Shown here piece by piece: positions 1 to 8,449 of a DNA stretch of 64,000 nt. The position numbers and the translations under genes are program-made. The stretch is from NCBI GenBank assembly GCA_947646415.1, contig CANSGN010000004.1, forward strand, positions 3,743 to 67,742, read 5' to 3'. The DNA comes from an uncultured Clostridia bacterium. GTDB taxonomy: Bacteria > Bacillota > Clostridia > Christensenellales > UBA3700. The notes beneath the pieces were generated by a model, which was not told where the DNA came from, searched no databases, and was given only the letters and a program-made list of their open reading frames with translations. Position 1 is the first letter of the stretch; every line of letters starts with the position of its first letter.

Positions 1-141
1 CCACAAATCGTCATCAAGCAAATAGTCGTAATAATCTTTAAAACTTCCCTCGCCCTCTTCCGGTCCTGCTATGCTGTAGGTGTTTTTAATACTTATGTCA
101 CTTTCTATGACAAAAGTTTGATTTCCTCTTTTTTTGCTCAT
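1..141 (-). CDS. spoVAD: Stage V sporulation protein AD (SpoVAD), N-terminal fragment truncated by window edge
   Basis: Reverse translation from ATG at 141..139 gives MSKKRGNQTFVIESDISIKNTYSIAGPEEGEGSFKDYYDYLLDDDLW. The start overlaps the spoVAC stop (ATGA junction) and sits directly downstream of spoVAC, as in spoVA operons. Family call from memory. Confidence 0.6.
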   Translation of the reverse strand, partial: MSKKRGNQTFVIESDISIKNTYSIAGPEEGEGSFKDYYDYLLDDDLW

Positions 142-587
142 GCAAACACCTCTATCAAATAAAATATTATACCTATAATTGCAGACATTGTCACACCCGA
201 TACTATTACAGGTCCTGCAATATCAAACATTTTGGACATAACACCTTGAAAAACACCCTCTCGGTTAAACTCTATCGCAGGGGAAACAATGGAATTTGCA
301 AAACCTGTAATAGGTATTATCGTTCCTGCACCGCAATGTCTACCAAGTTTGTCGTAAAGTCCAACAGCAGTTAAAAAACCACCGATAAAAATTAATGTAA
401 TGGTTGTTAGAGTTGCGATTTCTTCCTGTCCTAACATTGGGAGTGTATAAGTATACAAATCTAAAATACCCTCGCCAATCATACAAATTATACCGCCTGA
501 AATGAAAGCTGTAAGCAATGTTTTTAACTCTTGCGTTCTTGGCACTGTTTTGTTAACATATTTTTGATATTCTGTCTTTTCAATCAT
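138..587 (-). CDS. spoVAC: Stage V sporulation protein AC (SpoVAC), membrane channel protein
   Basis: 149-aa ORF with 4 hydrophobic segments. Typical SpoVAC sequence (GGIICMIGEG, GAGTIIPITGFANS). RBS GAGGAGAGGAAG upstream. Lies downstream of sigF. Confidence 0.9.
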   Translation of the reverse strand: MIEKTEYQKYVNKTVPRTQELKTLLTAFISGGIICMIGEGILDLYTYTLPMLGQEEIATLTTITLIFIGGFLTAVGLYDKLGRHCGAGTIIPITGFANSIVSPAIEFNREGVFQGVMSKMFDIAGPVIVSGVTMSAIIGIIFYLIEVFA

Positions 588-669
588 TTATCTTCCTCTC
601 CTCAATAATTTTATTGCCCTTATAAAGTATTTCCGTCTCGTCCATATTGACATTTTTCAAATCCTTCAT
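580..669 (-). CDS. Possible 29-aa small ORF (MKDLKNVNMDETEILYKGNKIIEERKIND) overlapping the spoVAC start
   Basis: ATG at 669 preceded by GGGAGGAAAT. Stop TGA at 582..580, 8 nt inside spoVAC. No homology known to me; could be a chance ORF. Confidence 0.2.
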   Translation of the reverse strand: MKDLKNVNMDETEILYKGNKIIEERKIND

Positions 670-685
670 ATTTCCTCCCAATCTC

Positions 686-736
686 AAAAAAATATGTATA
701 TATTAATTGTTGACCTACAACTTTTAATATATACAT
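686..736 (-). terminator. Hairpin plus T7 run downstream of sigF (intrinsic terminator or attenuator before spoVA genes)
   Basis: Perfect 13-bp inverted repeat ATGTATATATTAA (693..705) / TTAATATATACAT (724..736), with inner TTGT/ACAA pairing. On the minus strand it is followed by TTTTTTT (692..686). Confidence 0.5.
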
Positions 737-762
737 AGTTATTTTTAATTTGAAAAAGTGAT

Positions 763-1482
763 TTAACCTGTTAATTGTTTTTTTAATTTTTCTATTATCT
801 TAGATTCTAACCTTGACACCTGCACTTGGGAAACACCTAGTATTTTAGCAATTTCGCTTTGTGTTTTATCCTTGTAATATCTTAAAACTATAAGCAATTT
901 TTCCCTCTGCGGCAATTTTTGAATACAATCTTTCAACGTCAATTTGTCAAGCATATCTTCTTCCGTTGTACTGTCGGATAATCTATCGATAAGGCTTTTG
1001 CCGTTGTCATCATCATTTTTTTCATAAATGCTGACAGGCATTTTGGAACTATCCAAAATATAAACAACCTCTTGCTCGTCAATATCAAAATGTTTTGCAA
1101 TCACGCTGATTTCAGGCTCTTTTGCATTGTTTTGTTGATATTCTTCCACAAATTTTCCGATTTTATAGGACATAGTTTTTAGTGCTCTGGATACTTTTAT
1201 TGCACCATCGTCACGGATAAACCTTTTTATTTCGCCCGTAATCATCGGCACCGCGTAGGTTGACAACCTTACCCCAAAATCTGGATTAAAATTGTTGATT
1301 GCCTTAACAAGTCCCAATGACCCAAGCTGCATAAGGTCATCATATTCGATATTTTTGCCTTTATACCGCTTTACAATGCTTTTTATCAACGGGATATTTT
1401 CCTTTAGCAGTATTTCTTTTGCCTCTATATCCCCGCTTTGCGACAGCAGTATAAGTTCTTTTGTCTTTTCAGCATCAATCAT
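763..1482 (-). CDS. sigF: RNA polymerase sporulation sigma factor SigF
   Basis: 239 aa with sigma-70 regions 2-4 (DLMQLGSLGLVKAINNF, STYAVPMITGEIKRFIRD, C-terminal HTH SQSEIAKILGVSQVQVSRLE). Third gene of the spoIIAA-AB-sigF arrangement. Confidence 0.9.
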   Translation of the reverse strand: MIDAEKTKELILLSQSGDIEAKEILLKENIPLIKSIVKRYKGKNIEYDDLMQLGSLGLVKAINNFNPDFGVRLSTYAVPMITGEIKRFIRDDGAIKVSRALKTMSYKIGKFVEEYQQNNAKEPEISVIAKHFDIDEQEVVYILDSSKMPVSIYEKNDDDNGKSLIDRLSDSTTEEDMLDKLTLKDCIQKLPQREKLLIVLRYYKDKTQSEIAKILGVSQVQVSRLESKIIEKLKKQLTG

Positions 1483-1912
1483 GAACTCCCTCGTTACCGA
1501 TTATTTTAGTCATCACTATGGTTGTTCCCTTATTTTCTTCGCTGTATACCTCAAATTCGTCCATAAACGATTGCATCAATGTGAAGCCCATTCCGCTCCT
1601 ATCGCTGTCTGGTTTTGTGGTGTAAAATGGTACAAGTGCTTTTTCGATATCCTTAATGCCAACACCGTTATCGATAATTGTGATGGTTGCTCGTTTTCCG
1701 TCAATGCCAACTTTTATGATAATTTCTCCGTTTTCCACATCTTCGTAGCCGTGAACAATACAGTTGGTAACTGCTTCCGAGACAGCTGTTTTAATATCGT
1801 CAATTTCGGATAAAGTCGGGTCCAAAGGCACCAAAAATCCCGCAACCGTATTTCTTGCAAATTTTTCGTTTTCACTTATGCTTTTTAATTTCAATTCAAA
1901 ATAATTTTCCAA
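1475..1912 (-). CDS. spoIIAB: Anti-sigma F factor SpoIIAB (serine protein kinase)
   Basis: 145 aa with an HATPase-type kinase fold (SEAVTNCIVHGY, DNGVGI, GMGFTLM). TTG start 9 nt after AGGAGG. Overlaps the sigF start. Confidence 0.9.
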   Translation of the reverse strand: MENYFELKLKSISENEKFARNTVAGFLVPLDPTLSEIDDIKTAVSEAVTNCIVHGYEDVENGEIIIKVGIDGKRATITIIDNGVGIKDIEKALVPFYTTKPDSDRSGMGFTLMQSFMDEFEVYSEENKGTTIVMTKIIGNEGVHD

Positions 1913-1927
1913 AATAAAAACCTCCTG

Positions 1928-2236
1928 TTAAGATATTTTTTCCATTATAGTGTATATTCCGCTCATTGTAAGTACTCTGTCAATTTGCTTGTTCGAGCCT
2001 TTAATCATTGCTACACCACCAAGTTTTTTTATTAGTTTATAACGTCCCAATAGCACGCCTATTCCGGTACTGTCCATAAACGATAATCCGTTCATATCAA
2101 AAATCACATTTTCAAATCTTTCGCTCAATATAAATTTGTCAATGTTTTTTCTTGTAAAATCTGCTACACTTTCGTCCAATTCTCCGTTTAAAGATATAAT
2201 CAAATTGCTACCGACTTTAGCTGTTTTTATATTCAT
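1928..2236 (-). CDS. spoIIAA: Anti-sigma F factor antagonist SpoIIAA (STAS domain)
   Basis: 102-aa STAS protein with the phosphorylatable-serine context (FMDSTGIGVLLGRY). First gene of the operon. Confidence 0.9.
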   Translation of the reverse strand: MNIKTAKVGSNLIISLNGELDESVADFTRKNIDKFILSERFENVIFDMNGLSFMDSTGIGVLLGRYKLIKKLGGVAMIKGSNKQIDRVLTMSGIYTIMEKIS

Positions 2237-2370
2237 TTAACAATTTCCTCCTATATGCGATTTAAATAAATTATATCTAATAACGACAGCTTAAATATTT
2301 CCGAATATGTCTTTATTCCGCCGTCTATTGTCTAATTTAACCTGCGGGAATAATAAGAAAATATACTGTA

Positions 2371-2400
2371 TTGACAACAATTAATTTAATGTGGTATAAT
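2371..2400 (+). promoter_or_regulatory. Sigma-A type promoter for 2415..2864
   Basis: TTGACA (2371..2376), 18-nt spacer, TGG-TATAAT extended -10 (2392..2400), about 15 nt before the ORF RBS region. Confidence 0.5.
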
Positions 2401-2414
2401 ATAAAAAGGTAAAT

Positions 2415-2864
2415 ATGAAAAAGAAAGTTTTAATAATTACAGTCGGTATAATTATGCTAATTGCTATAGCAATAGCATTGTTTTGTGTTATTTATTTTAA
2501 TGTAAATAACGATATATCAAAAGATATCGACGAAATTTTTGCACAAAACGAGATTACCTATTATTATCCGGATTCAAACCCAGATTCGGGTTATTATTCC
2601 TTGCCATCTAGTACCGCTAAGGAAATTGTGAATAAACATTTAAAAGGTTTGAAATTTAAACATACCACTAGGCATCCTATTATTTATGGAAATAGTCGAG
2701 TAATAAAATGCGGAGAAATGTATTTATCCGAAAGTTATGTGTTTGTTGTTAAAGGCAAAAAATATAAACTAACTGACGAAATCAAATCGGCTTTTAAAAA
2801 TATAGACGACGAAATTACAAGTGTTGCGACATATTTACCTGTTAGACCTAAAGAAACAGATTGA
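2415..2864 (+). CDS. Hypothetical membrane-anchored protein
   Basis: 149-aa ORF with an N-terminal signal-anchor (KKKVLIITVGIIMLIAIAIALFCVIYF). Own promoter and downstream terminator. No family recognised. Confidence 0.6.
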   Translation: MKKKVLIITVGIIMLIAIAIALFCVIYFNVNNDISKDIDEIFAQNEITYYYPDSNPDSGYYSLPSSTAKEIVNKHLKGLKFKHTTRHPIIYGNSRVIKCGEMYLSESYVFVVKGKKYKLTDEIKSAFKNIDDEITSVATYLPVRPKETD

Positions 2865-2906
2865 TTTGAACAAAATATTTTATAAAATACAGTATTACAT
2901 ATAAAA

Positions 2907-2946
2907 AACACAAAACCGTGGCAGTTTCCCGTCACGGCTTTGTGTT
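2907..2946. terminator. Bidirectional intrinsic terminator
   Basis: 14-bp stem AACACAAAACCGTG / CACGGCTTTGTGTT (one mismatch), flanked by an A-run and a T-run, between convergent genes. Confidence 0.6.
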
Positions 2947-2964
2947 TTTATGTAAGAGATTTTG

Positions 2965-3555
2965 TTATGCAATACCTAAAGATTTGATAAGATTGTTAAA
3001 CTCCGGATTGTTTAAGATTTTTTCTATCTCTTCATCCGTTGCAATCATATCCTCGCTATCCATAGTTTTTTTACTGTCCAATCTTGCTTTTTCCTTGCTA
3101 TACTGTTCCTCCGCCTCGTTAAGTGCAACTTGAGTATTCAAAGTAATACCTTGGTTTATCCTTTCAATAAGTTCATTTTCAAGTGTGGATAACACACCTA
3201 TTACTTCCCCTTTTACACTGTTAAAGCCGACTGTTTTTTTACATTTTTCTGCATAAGATACCCATTTATCACGCCAAATTCTTAGTCTTTCCAATTCGAT
3301 ATTATAGCTTTTTTTTACCAACATTTCCATTTCTTGAGCTTTTTCAATGGCAGTTATCAATGCCTTATTTACATTGTCTTCCCGTAATTTATACTCATCT
3401 ATTTGCTTGTTTAAATTATTGTTTTGATGTAACAATTCGGATATACGCATATTTTTATCGGAAATAGTTTGCTTATAGCTGTCAATTTCTCTGTTTATGT
3501 AGTTATCTACTTGCACTTTGTCATAACCTTTTTTAACTGTGTCGAATTTATACAT
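2965..3555 (-). CDS. DivIVA-domain coiled-coil protein
   Basis: 196 aa. N-terminal DivIVA motif (FDTVKKGYDKVQVDNYI) followed by a long heptad-rich coiled coil. Confidence 0.75.
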   Translation of the reverse strand: MYKFDTVKKGYDKVQVDNYINREIDSYKQTISDKNMRISELLHQNNNLNKQIDEYKLREDNVNKALITAIEKAQEMEMLVKKSYNIELERLRIWRDKWVSYAEKCKKTVGFNSVKGEVIGVLSTLENELIERINQGITLNTQVALNEAEEQYSKEKARLDSKKTMDSEDMIATDEEIEKILNNPEFNNLIKSLGIA

Positions 3556-3700
3556 ATTTTCACCTCAAAAAGATTATAACATATTTATTTATAATAATTA
3601 AAAATATATTGTCGTATTATGACTTTGTTTGTCAAATTTCAAAAAACGTCTTTATCCGAATATTTTATATAAAAAATAGTAAAGTAAACAAAAAATTTGC

Positions 3701-3731
3701 ATAAAAATAGCACCTTATTTTATAGGTGCTA
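3701..3731 (-). terminator. Intrinsic terminator after 3747..4358
   Basis: Stem TAGCACCT (3708..3715) / AGGTGCTA (3724..3731), followed on the minus strand by a T-run. Confidence 0.55.
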
Positions 3732-3746
3732 AATTAATAAATAAAA

Positions 3747-4358
3747 TTATTTTTCGGAATTAATATCCTCAACACTTTCTTCTTTTTCAGCTACATTTGT
3801 CTCTGTATCTTTGGGCTCATAAGTTACATAATAGTTCTTCTTTTTGGTTTTAGTCTCTTGCTTAACAGCAAAAATACTAAACAATAGATATGCAATGCCA
3901 ATCAAAACGATAACCGCAGGGATAACATATCTCCAAACATCAAGTATAGTGCTTACCAAAATGATTGCACTTGCAACCGTTGTTACCAAACCAAATCTCA
4001 TTGCTTTGGGTGACCATTTGCAAACTTTATCCGCAATAACAAAACCTAAGCCGATAAATAGCGGAATTATCATTATTATTTTTCCAACTGCCAAATCAGA
4101 TAGTTTACCCGATATCGATATTACCAAATACAGCCCGGCAAAAAACATAGATAAAACATAAATTAGCGGTGCTTTTTTGACAATCGCAAAGCTAAGCAAA
4201 GCAGCAGCAATAAATAAAATAAGAATAGTATACCAAGGCGTAAAGAAATCGTCGATAAACTTAACATCTAATTGGTCAAGCAATAGCAGTACGCCAAATA
4301 CTATCATTAATATGCTTAATGTCATTTTTAAAACATTATCTTTATTTTTCATTTTCAT
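3747..4358 (-). CDS. Hypothetical polytopic membrane protein
   Basis: 203 aa with about 6 hydrophobic helices and an acidic C-terminal tail. Overlaps the lgt stop, so probably co-transcribed. Confidence 0.6.
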   Translation of the reverse strand: MKMKNKDNVLKMTLSILMIVFGVLLLLDQLDVKFIDDFFTPWYTILILFIAAALLSFAIVKKAPLIYVLSMFFAGLYLVISISGKLSDLAVGKIIMIIPLFIGLGFVIADKVCKWSPKAMRFGLVTTVASAIILVSTILDVWRYVIPAVIVLIGIAYLLFSIFAVKQETKTKKKNYYVTYEPKDTETNVAEKEESVEDINSEK

Positions 4359-5355
4359 TATCCCATTTATCTACGTCTTTGTCTTCACTTTTTTTACGGC
4401 CGAAAAACTCCATTTTAAACTTAGCAAAACCTTTTGGAGCATTTGTTTCGTTATCGTCAATGGCAATATTGTCAAACTGACCCTCTACATACTCCGGTGG
4501 CTCGTGTATATTGTTAAAATGTCTTTCGTACATTTTAACCGTTTCAAATTTAATATACCCCATTTGTAGCAAAATTAAAAATACTACACCTACTGCGGCA
4601 CATAAAAAACAAATAAATTGTACGACTCTTACGCTGCCCCACATCAACTGCCCTACTTTTACAAACTCTAAAATGCCTCTTACTATACCATACCAAATAA
4701 TGTAAAGTACACTTAAAAAACCTACTTTCAATTTTTTCTTGATTGTAAAAGTAAGTGCTAACATAACAATTAACATTACCAAGTTAAGCATCATTTCGTA
4801 AAAGAAGTTTGCAGCATGCCAAGCATATTTACCGCTGTCATAAACCCAAACAGCAATAGGGAATTTTTTAAAAGCAGGATTTGTAATTTCAAAGCCATAA
4901 AGTTCTCCGTTTACAAAGTTACCCCATCTACCAATAACCTGTCCCAAAAGCAAACAAGGTACAATCAAATCGGTTACCCTAAAGAAAGATTTTTTATAAA
5001 TACGGCAGGAAATATACACGCCTAATGCACCCATAGGGATACCGCCTATAATTGTAAGTCCGCCCTCGGATATATTAAACGCACGCAAAAAACCATCCCA
5101 ACTTGTAAAGTACTCGTCAAACCTTGGCACAACGTAAAACAATCTTGCACCGAAAATCGCAAAAACTATTGCAAATAAAAATGTCGATAAGCAAAAGTCA
5201 GGCTCGACTTTTTCCCTTTTTGCAAGAAATATCAACAAAAACAATGCACAAACCATTCCGCCTGTCAAAATAACACCATACCAATGTATTTCTCTACCAA
5301 AAAGTTCAAATGTATTGTTTATTTCAGATATCAAATTGCCAAATATGTTACCCAT
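4342..5355 (-). CDS. lgt: Prolipoprotein diacylglyceryl transferase Lgt (with about 70-aa C-terminal extension)
   Basis: 337 aa. Lgt signature GRWGNFVNGELYG and HWYGVILTGG near the N-terminus. Multi-pass membrane profile. Confidence 0.9.
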   Translation of the reverse strand: MGNIFGNLISEINNTFELFGREIHWYGVILTGGMVCALFLLIFLAKREKVEPDFCLSTFLFAIVFAIFGARLFYVVPRFDEYFTSWDGFLRAFNISEGGLTIIGGIPMGALGVYISCRIYKKSFFRVTDLIVPCLLLGQVIGRWGNFVNGELYGFEITNPAFKKFPIAVWVYDSGKYAWHAANFFYEMMLNLVMLIVMLALTFTIKKKLKVGFLSVLYIIWYGIVRGILEFVKVGQLMWGSVRVVQFICFLCAAVGVVFLILLQMGYIKFETVKMYERHFNNIHEPPEYVEGQFDNIAIDDNETNAPKGFAKFKMEFFGRKKSEDKDVDKWDNENEK

Positions 5356-5369
5356 AAATTTATCCTCTA

Positions 5370-6647
5370 TTAAATTTCAACCTGTCTTGTACCGCTGTTT
5401 CTTATAGAAATTTCAAACACATTATCCCCACCGAATACAGCCTTTAAATTTTTTACCAATTTTTCTGTCAAAGCGGTTGGAACATAAGCAATCATAGTGC
5501 CAGCAAATCCACCTCCGTGCACACGTATTGCCCCCTCATTTCCGCAAATGTTTTTGCTCAATGCCAAAGCCATAGGGATTCGCATATCTCTATCCCCCTC
5601 CGGATAGCAGTTTTGCAACAATTTATATGAACTGTCGCCACTAGCATTAATCATTTCGTAATATTTTGTTATATCAACGTTTTTAATTGCCAAAGCACAG
5701 TTATCAACTCTTTCGTTTTCGTCAAAATAGTGTATCGCTCTTAAAATTGCTCTGCCTGAAACATCGCTTTGAATGATAGGAATAGTTGATAAGAACTTAT
5801 CTTTATTTACAAATCTAAGCACTTTTTGACCAAAGATTTTAGCAACATCTTCCATCTCTGTACGAATAGATGCATATTGGTCAGTCAATCCGCAATGGTC
5901 GCCGCCGCAATTTACAAGCACAATATCAACACCGTCAAACTGCCAAGGAATACTTTCCACTTGTGGAGCTTTTGTATCCTTAAAATCTATGTAACTTACG
6001 CCACCAAGTGCGATTGCAGATTGGTCCATAAGACCGCAAGGTTTGCCAAAATATACACTTTCAGCCAAATGTGAGGCATGTGCTTTAGTAAGTGCATCCA
6101 TTTTTCCGTTATTGTACAAAACATTTAAAATTTCGCAAACAAGCACTTCAAAGCAAGCAGAAGAACTTACGCCGGCACCTTTAAATACATCCGATGTAGT
6201 GGTAGCGTAAAAACCGCCGATTTGATAGCCGTTTTGTTTAAAGTATGCACAAACACCGCGAACTAAGCCCTCGCTTTTGCCATATTCCGAAGTTTTAGGC
6301 TCTAGGTCGTTTATATCCACAACAAGTGGCGGATAACCCACCGATGCAATGGTAATAGTACTTTCCAATACAGGCGTAACCATAGCTATTGTATCCACGC
6401 TTATAGAGGCACACAAAACTTTACCATTATTATGGTCTGTATGATTACCGCAAACTTCTATCCTACCGGGAGAGGAAAAAAGCAATACATTTTCCCCACT
6501 AAATTCACTGTGGATTTTGTACAAATCTTTGTACCTTTTAATTTGATAGTCCAAACCGTTGTTTTTTGCATATAGCTTTGCACATTCCTTTGCAAAATTA
6601 GCATTGTTGCCGATATTTTCAAAATCTTGTTTATTTAAAAATTTCAC
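5370..6647 (-). CDS. galK: Galactokinase-family GHMP kinase
   Basis: 425 aa. Galactokinase signature variant GRIEVCGNHTDHNNG and GHMP ATP motif GAGVSSSA. GTG start 8 nt after GGAGG. Divergent from galT. Confidence 0.8.
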   Translation of the reverse strand: MKFLNKQDFENIGNNANFAKECAKLYAKNNGLDYQIKRYKDLYKIHSEFSGENVLLFSSPGRIEVCGNHTDHNNGKVLCASISVDTIAMVTPVLESTITIASVGYPPLVVDINDLEPKTSEYGKSEGLVRGVCAYFKQNGYQIGGFYATTTSDVFKGAGVSSSACFEVLVCEILNVLYNNGKMDALTKAHASHLAESVYFGKPCGLMDQSAIALGGVSYIDFKDTKAPQVESIPWQFDGVDIVLVNCGGDHCGLTDQYASIRTEMEDVAKIFGQKVLRFVNKDKFLSTIPIIQSDVSGRAILRAIHYFDENERVDNCALAIKNVDITKYYEMINASGDSSYKLLQNCYPEGDRDMRIPMALALSKNICGNEGAIRVHGGGFAGTMIAYVPTALTEKLVKNLKAVFGGDNVFEISIRNSGTRQVEI

Positions 6648-6847
6648 AGAATTTTCCTCCCGAATACTGCTTTTATTTATTATTATATAAATATATATTT
6701 TATTCTAGCACAAAAAAAAATAAAAATCAATATTTTTTACAAAAACTTATAATATAGTTGCTAATATTAATAAAATATTATATAATTACTTTAATAAACG
6801 TAAGTTTTTATAATTTAGTTATTATTTTTTAGATTTAGGAGAGGTTT

Positions 6848-8371
6848 ATGACACAAGACAATCAAATTTTAATTGCAATCGAACAACTAATCGACTATGC
6901 AACCAAAAATCTTTCACTTGACAAGTACGATGTGCATTTTGTAAGAAATGCTTTGCTAGACAATTTCAAACTTGGTGCAACCACACCTTTTGAAAGCATA
7001 CCTGAATACGACATACAACAAACTGTCGATTTTATGGTTGATTATGCGATTAAACAAGGCTTAACCTGTGCCGAAGATAGCTTGCTTTACGAAACAAGAC
7101 TTTTCGGGTTGGTTACTCCGTCTCCTTCTTCTGTAATTATGAAATATGATATCACTCAAGCTGTGGAAGGTGTCCAAGCAGCAACCGATTATTTGTTCGA
7201 ATTGGGCAAGGCAAACAATTATTTGAGAATGCAAGATATCAATAAAAATATAATGTGGGAATACGAAGGCTCCAAAGGCGGTTTGCAAATAACTATCAAT
7301 CTTTCCAAACCTGAAAAAGACCCAAAACAAATTGCAGCTGCATTAAAAGCAAAAACAGGCTATCCAGCTTGTATGCTTTGTCCTTCCAATGTGGGCTATG
7401 CAGGCAATGCAGGTCATCCCGCAAGACAAACGCTAAGGACCATCCCTGTCACTTTAAATGACGAATTATGGTGGATTCAATACTCCCCTTATCAATATTA
7501 TTACAAACACTTAATTTGTTTTTGCGATGAACATAGACCTATGAAAGTCAACCACGATTGCATAGCAAGACTTGTAGATTTTGTTGACTTGTTTCCACAC
7601 TTCTTTATGGGCTCAAACGCTGCTCTTCCAATCGTAGGCGGCTCTATCTTGACACACGACCATTACCAAGGCGGCGGCAAAGTACTACCTATGTTCAAAG
7701 CTCCTATACGCAAAACTTTCAAGTCTCCTATCAAAGGGGCTGAAATCTCCATTGTGGATTGGTACAACAGTGTTGTAAGAGTATCTTCTAAAAAGAAATT
7801 AGTTGCTGTGGAAGCTGCTGACTATGTTTTAAGACAATGGGCGGAATATAGTGATGAAAGCGTAAACATTTTATGCAAAACGGATGCCCAACACAATGCA
7901 GTTACACCTATTGCAAGATATGAAAACGGCAGATATATTGTGGATATGATTTTAAGGAACAATCGTACAGACGACGCACACCCTTACGGCATTTACCACC
8001 CTACCGAAGATTTACATAATATCAAAAAGGAAGGTATTGGAATTATCGAAGTAATGGGAACATTTATCTTACCCGGCAGACTTGATAAAGAACTTAAAGC
8101 TATTCAAAAATATTTGACAGGCGAAGAAACATTTGACTACGAACAAGTTAGTAAAGAAAGTCATCCATTGTGCAAACACAAGGACATGATAAAAACTTTG
8201 ATAGAACAAAACGGAACAAACAATGCTCAAGAGGCAAGCGAGAAAATCGTAAAAGACTATATAAACATCGTTTGCGAAAAGATTTTGGAATGCACTGCTG
8301 TATTTAAAAACACCGATGAGGGTAAAGCAGCTTTTGACAAGTTTATGACAGTTGCTTTAGGTTGCAAATAA
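6848..8371 (+). CDS. galT: UDP-glucose--hexose-1-phosphate uridylyltransferase (GalT, long Firmicute type)
   Basis: 507 aa, the size and motifs of family-2 GalT (LTHDHYQGGG). RBS AGGAGAGG. Confidence 0.85.
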   Translation: MTQDNQILIAIEQLIDYATKNLSLDKYDVHFVRNALLDNFKLGATTPFESIPEYDIQQTVDFMVDYAIKQGLTCAEDSLLYETRLFGLVTPSPSSVIMKYDITQAVEGVQAATDYLFELGKANNYLRMQDINKNIMWEYEGSKGGLQITINLSKPEKDPKQIAAALKAKTGYPACMLCPSNVGYAGNAGHPARQTLRTIPVTLNDELWWIQYSPYQYYYKHLICFCDEHRPMKVNHDCIARLVDFVDLFPHFFMGSNAALPIVGGSILTHDHYQGGGKVLPMFKAPIRKTFKSPIKGAEISIVDWYNSVVRVSSKKKLVAVEAADYVLRQWAEYSDESVNILCKTDAQHNAVTPIARYENGRYIVDMILRNNRTDDAHPYGIYHPTEDLHNIKKEGIGIIEVMGTFILPGRLDKELKAIQKYLTGEETFDYEQVSKESHPLCKHKDMIKTLIEQNGTNNAQEASEKIVKDYINIVCEKILECTAVFKNTDEGKAAFDKFMTVALGCK

Positions 8372-8401
8372 TCTATAAAACAAAATATTTACTATTAAAA
8401 C

Positions 8402-8434
8402 AAACAACCGACTGAAAATTTCAGTCGGTTGTTT
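8402..8434. terminator. Bidirectional intrinsic terminator between galT and the LRR gene
   Basis: Perfect 14-bp stem AAACAACCGACTGA / TCAGTCGGTTGTTT with A/T-rich flanks. Confidence 0.7.
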
Positions 8435-8449
8435 AATTTTATGAAAATT

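Noticed and set aside
1292-1813. Many 60-170-aa ORFs antisense to or nested in well-supported genes (for example 1292..1813, 7061..7330, 18293..18760, 29832..30299, 37707..38168, 39090..39753, 46652..47065, 53058..53354, 56926..57300, 58641..59144)
   Set aside because: Each lies entirely opposite or inside a longer ORF with clear family motifs, lacks an RBS and has a low-complexity or odd composition. They are treated as shadow ORFs.
6648-6847. Searched the galK/galT divergent region for a cre box or GalR-type operator
   Set aside because: No sequence there fits TGWAANCGNTNWCA or a clear palindrome. The region is simply AT-rich with many chance -10-like hexamers, so no regulatory site is called.
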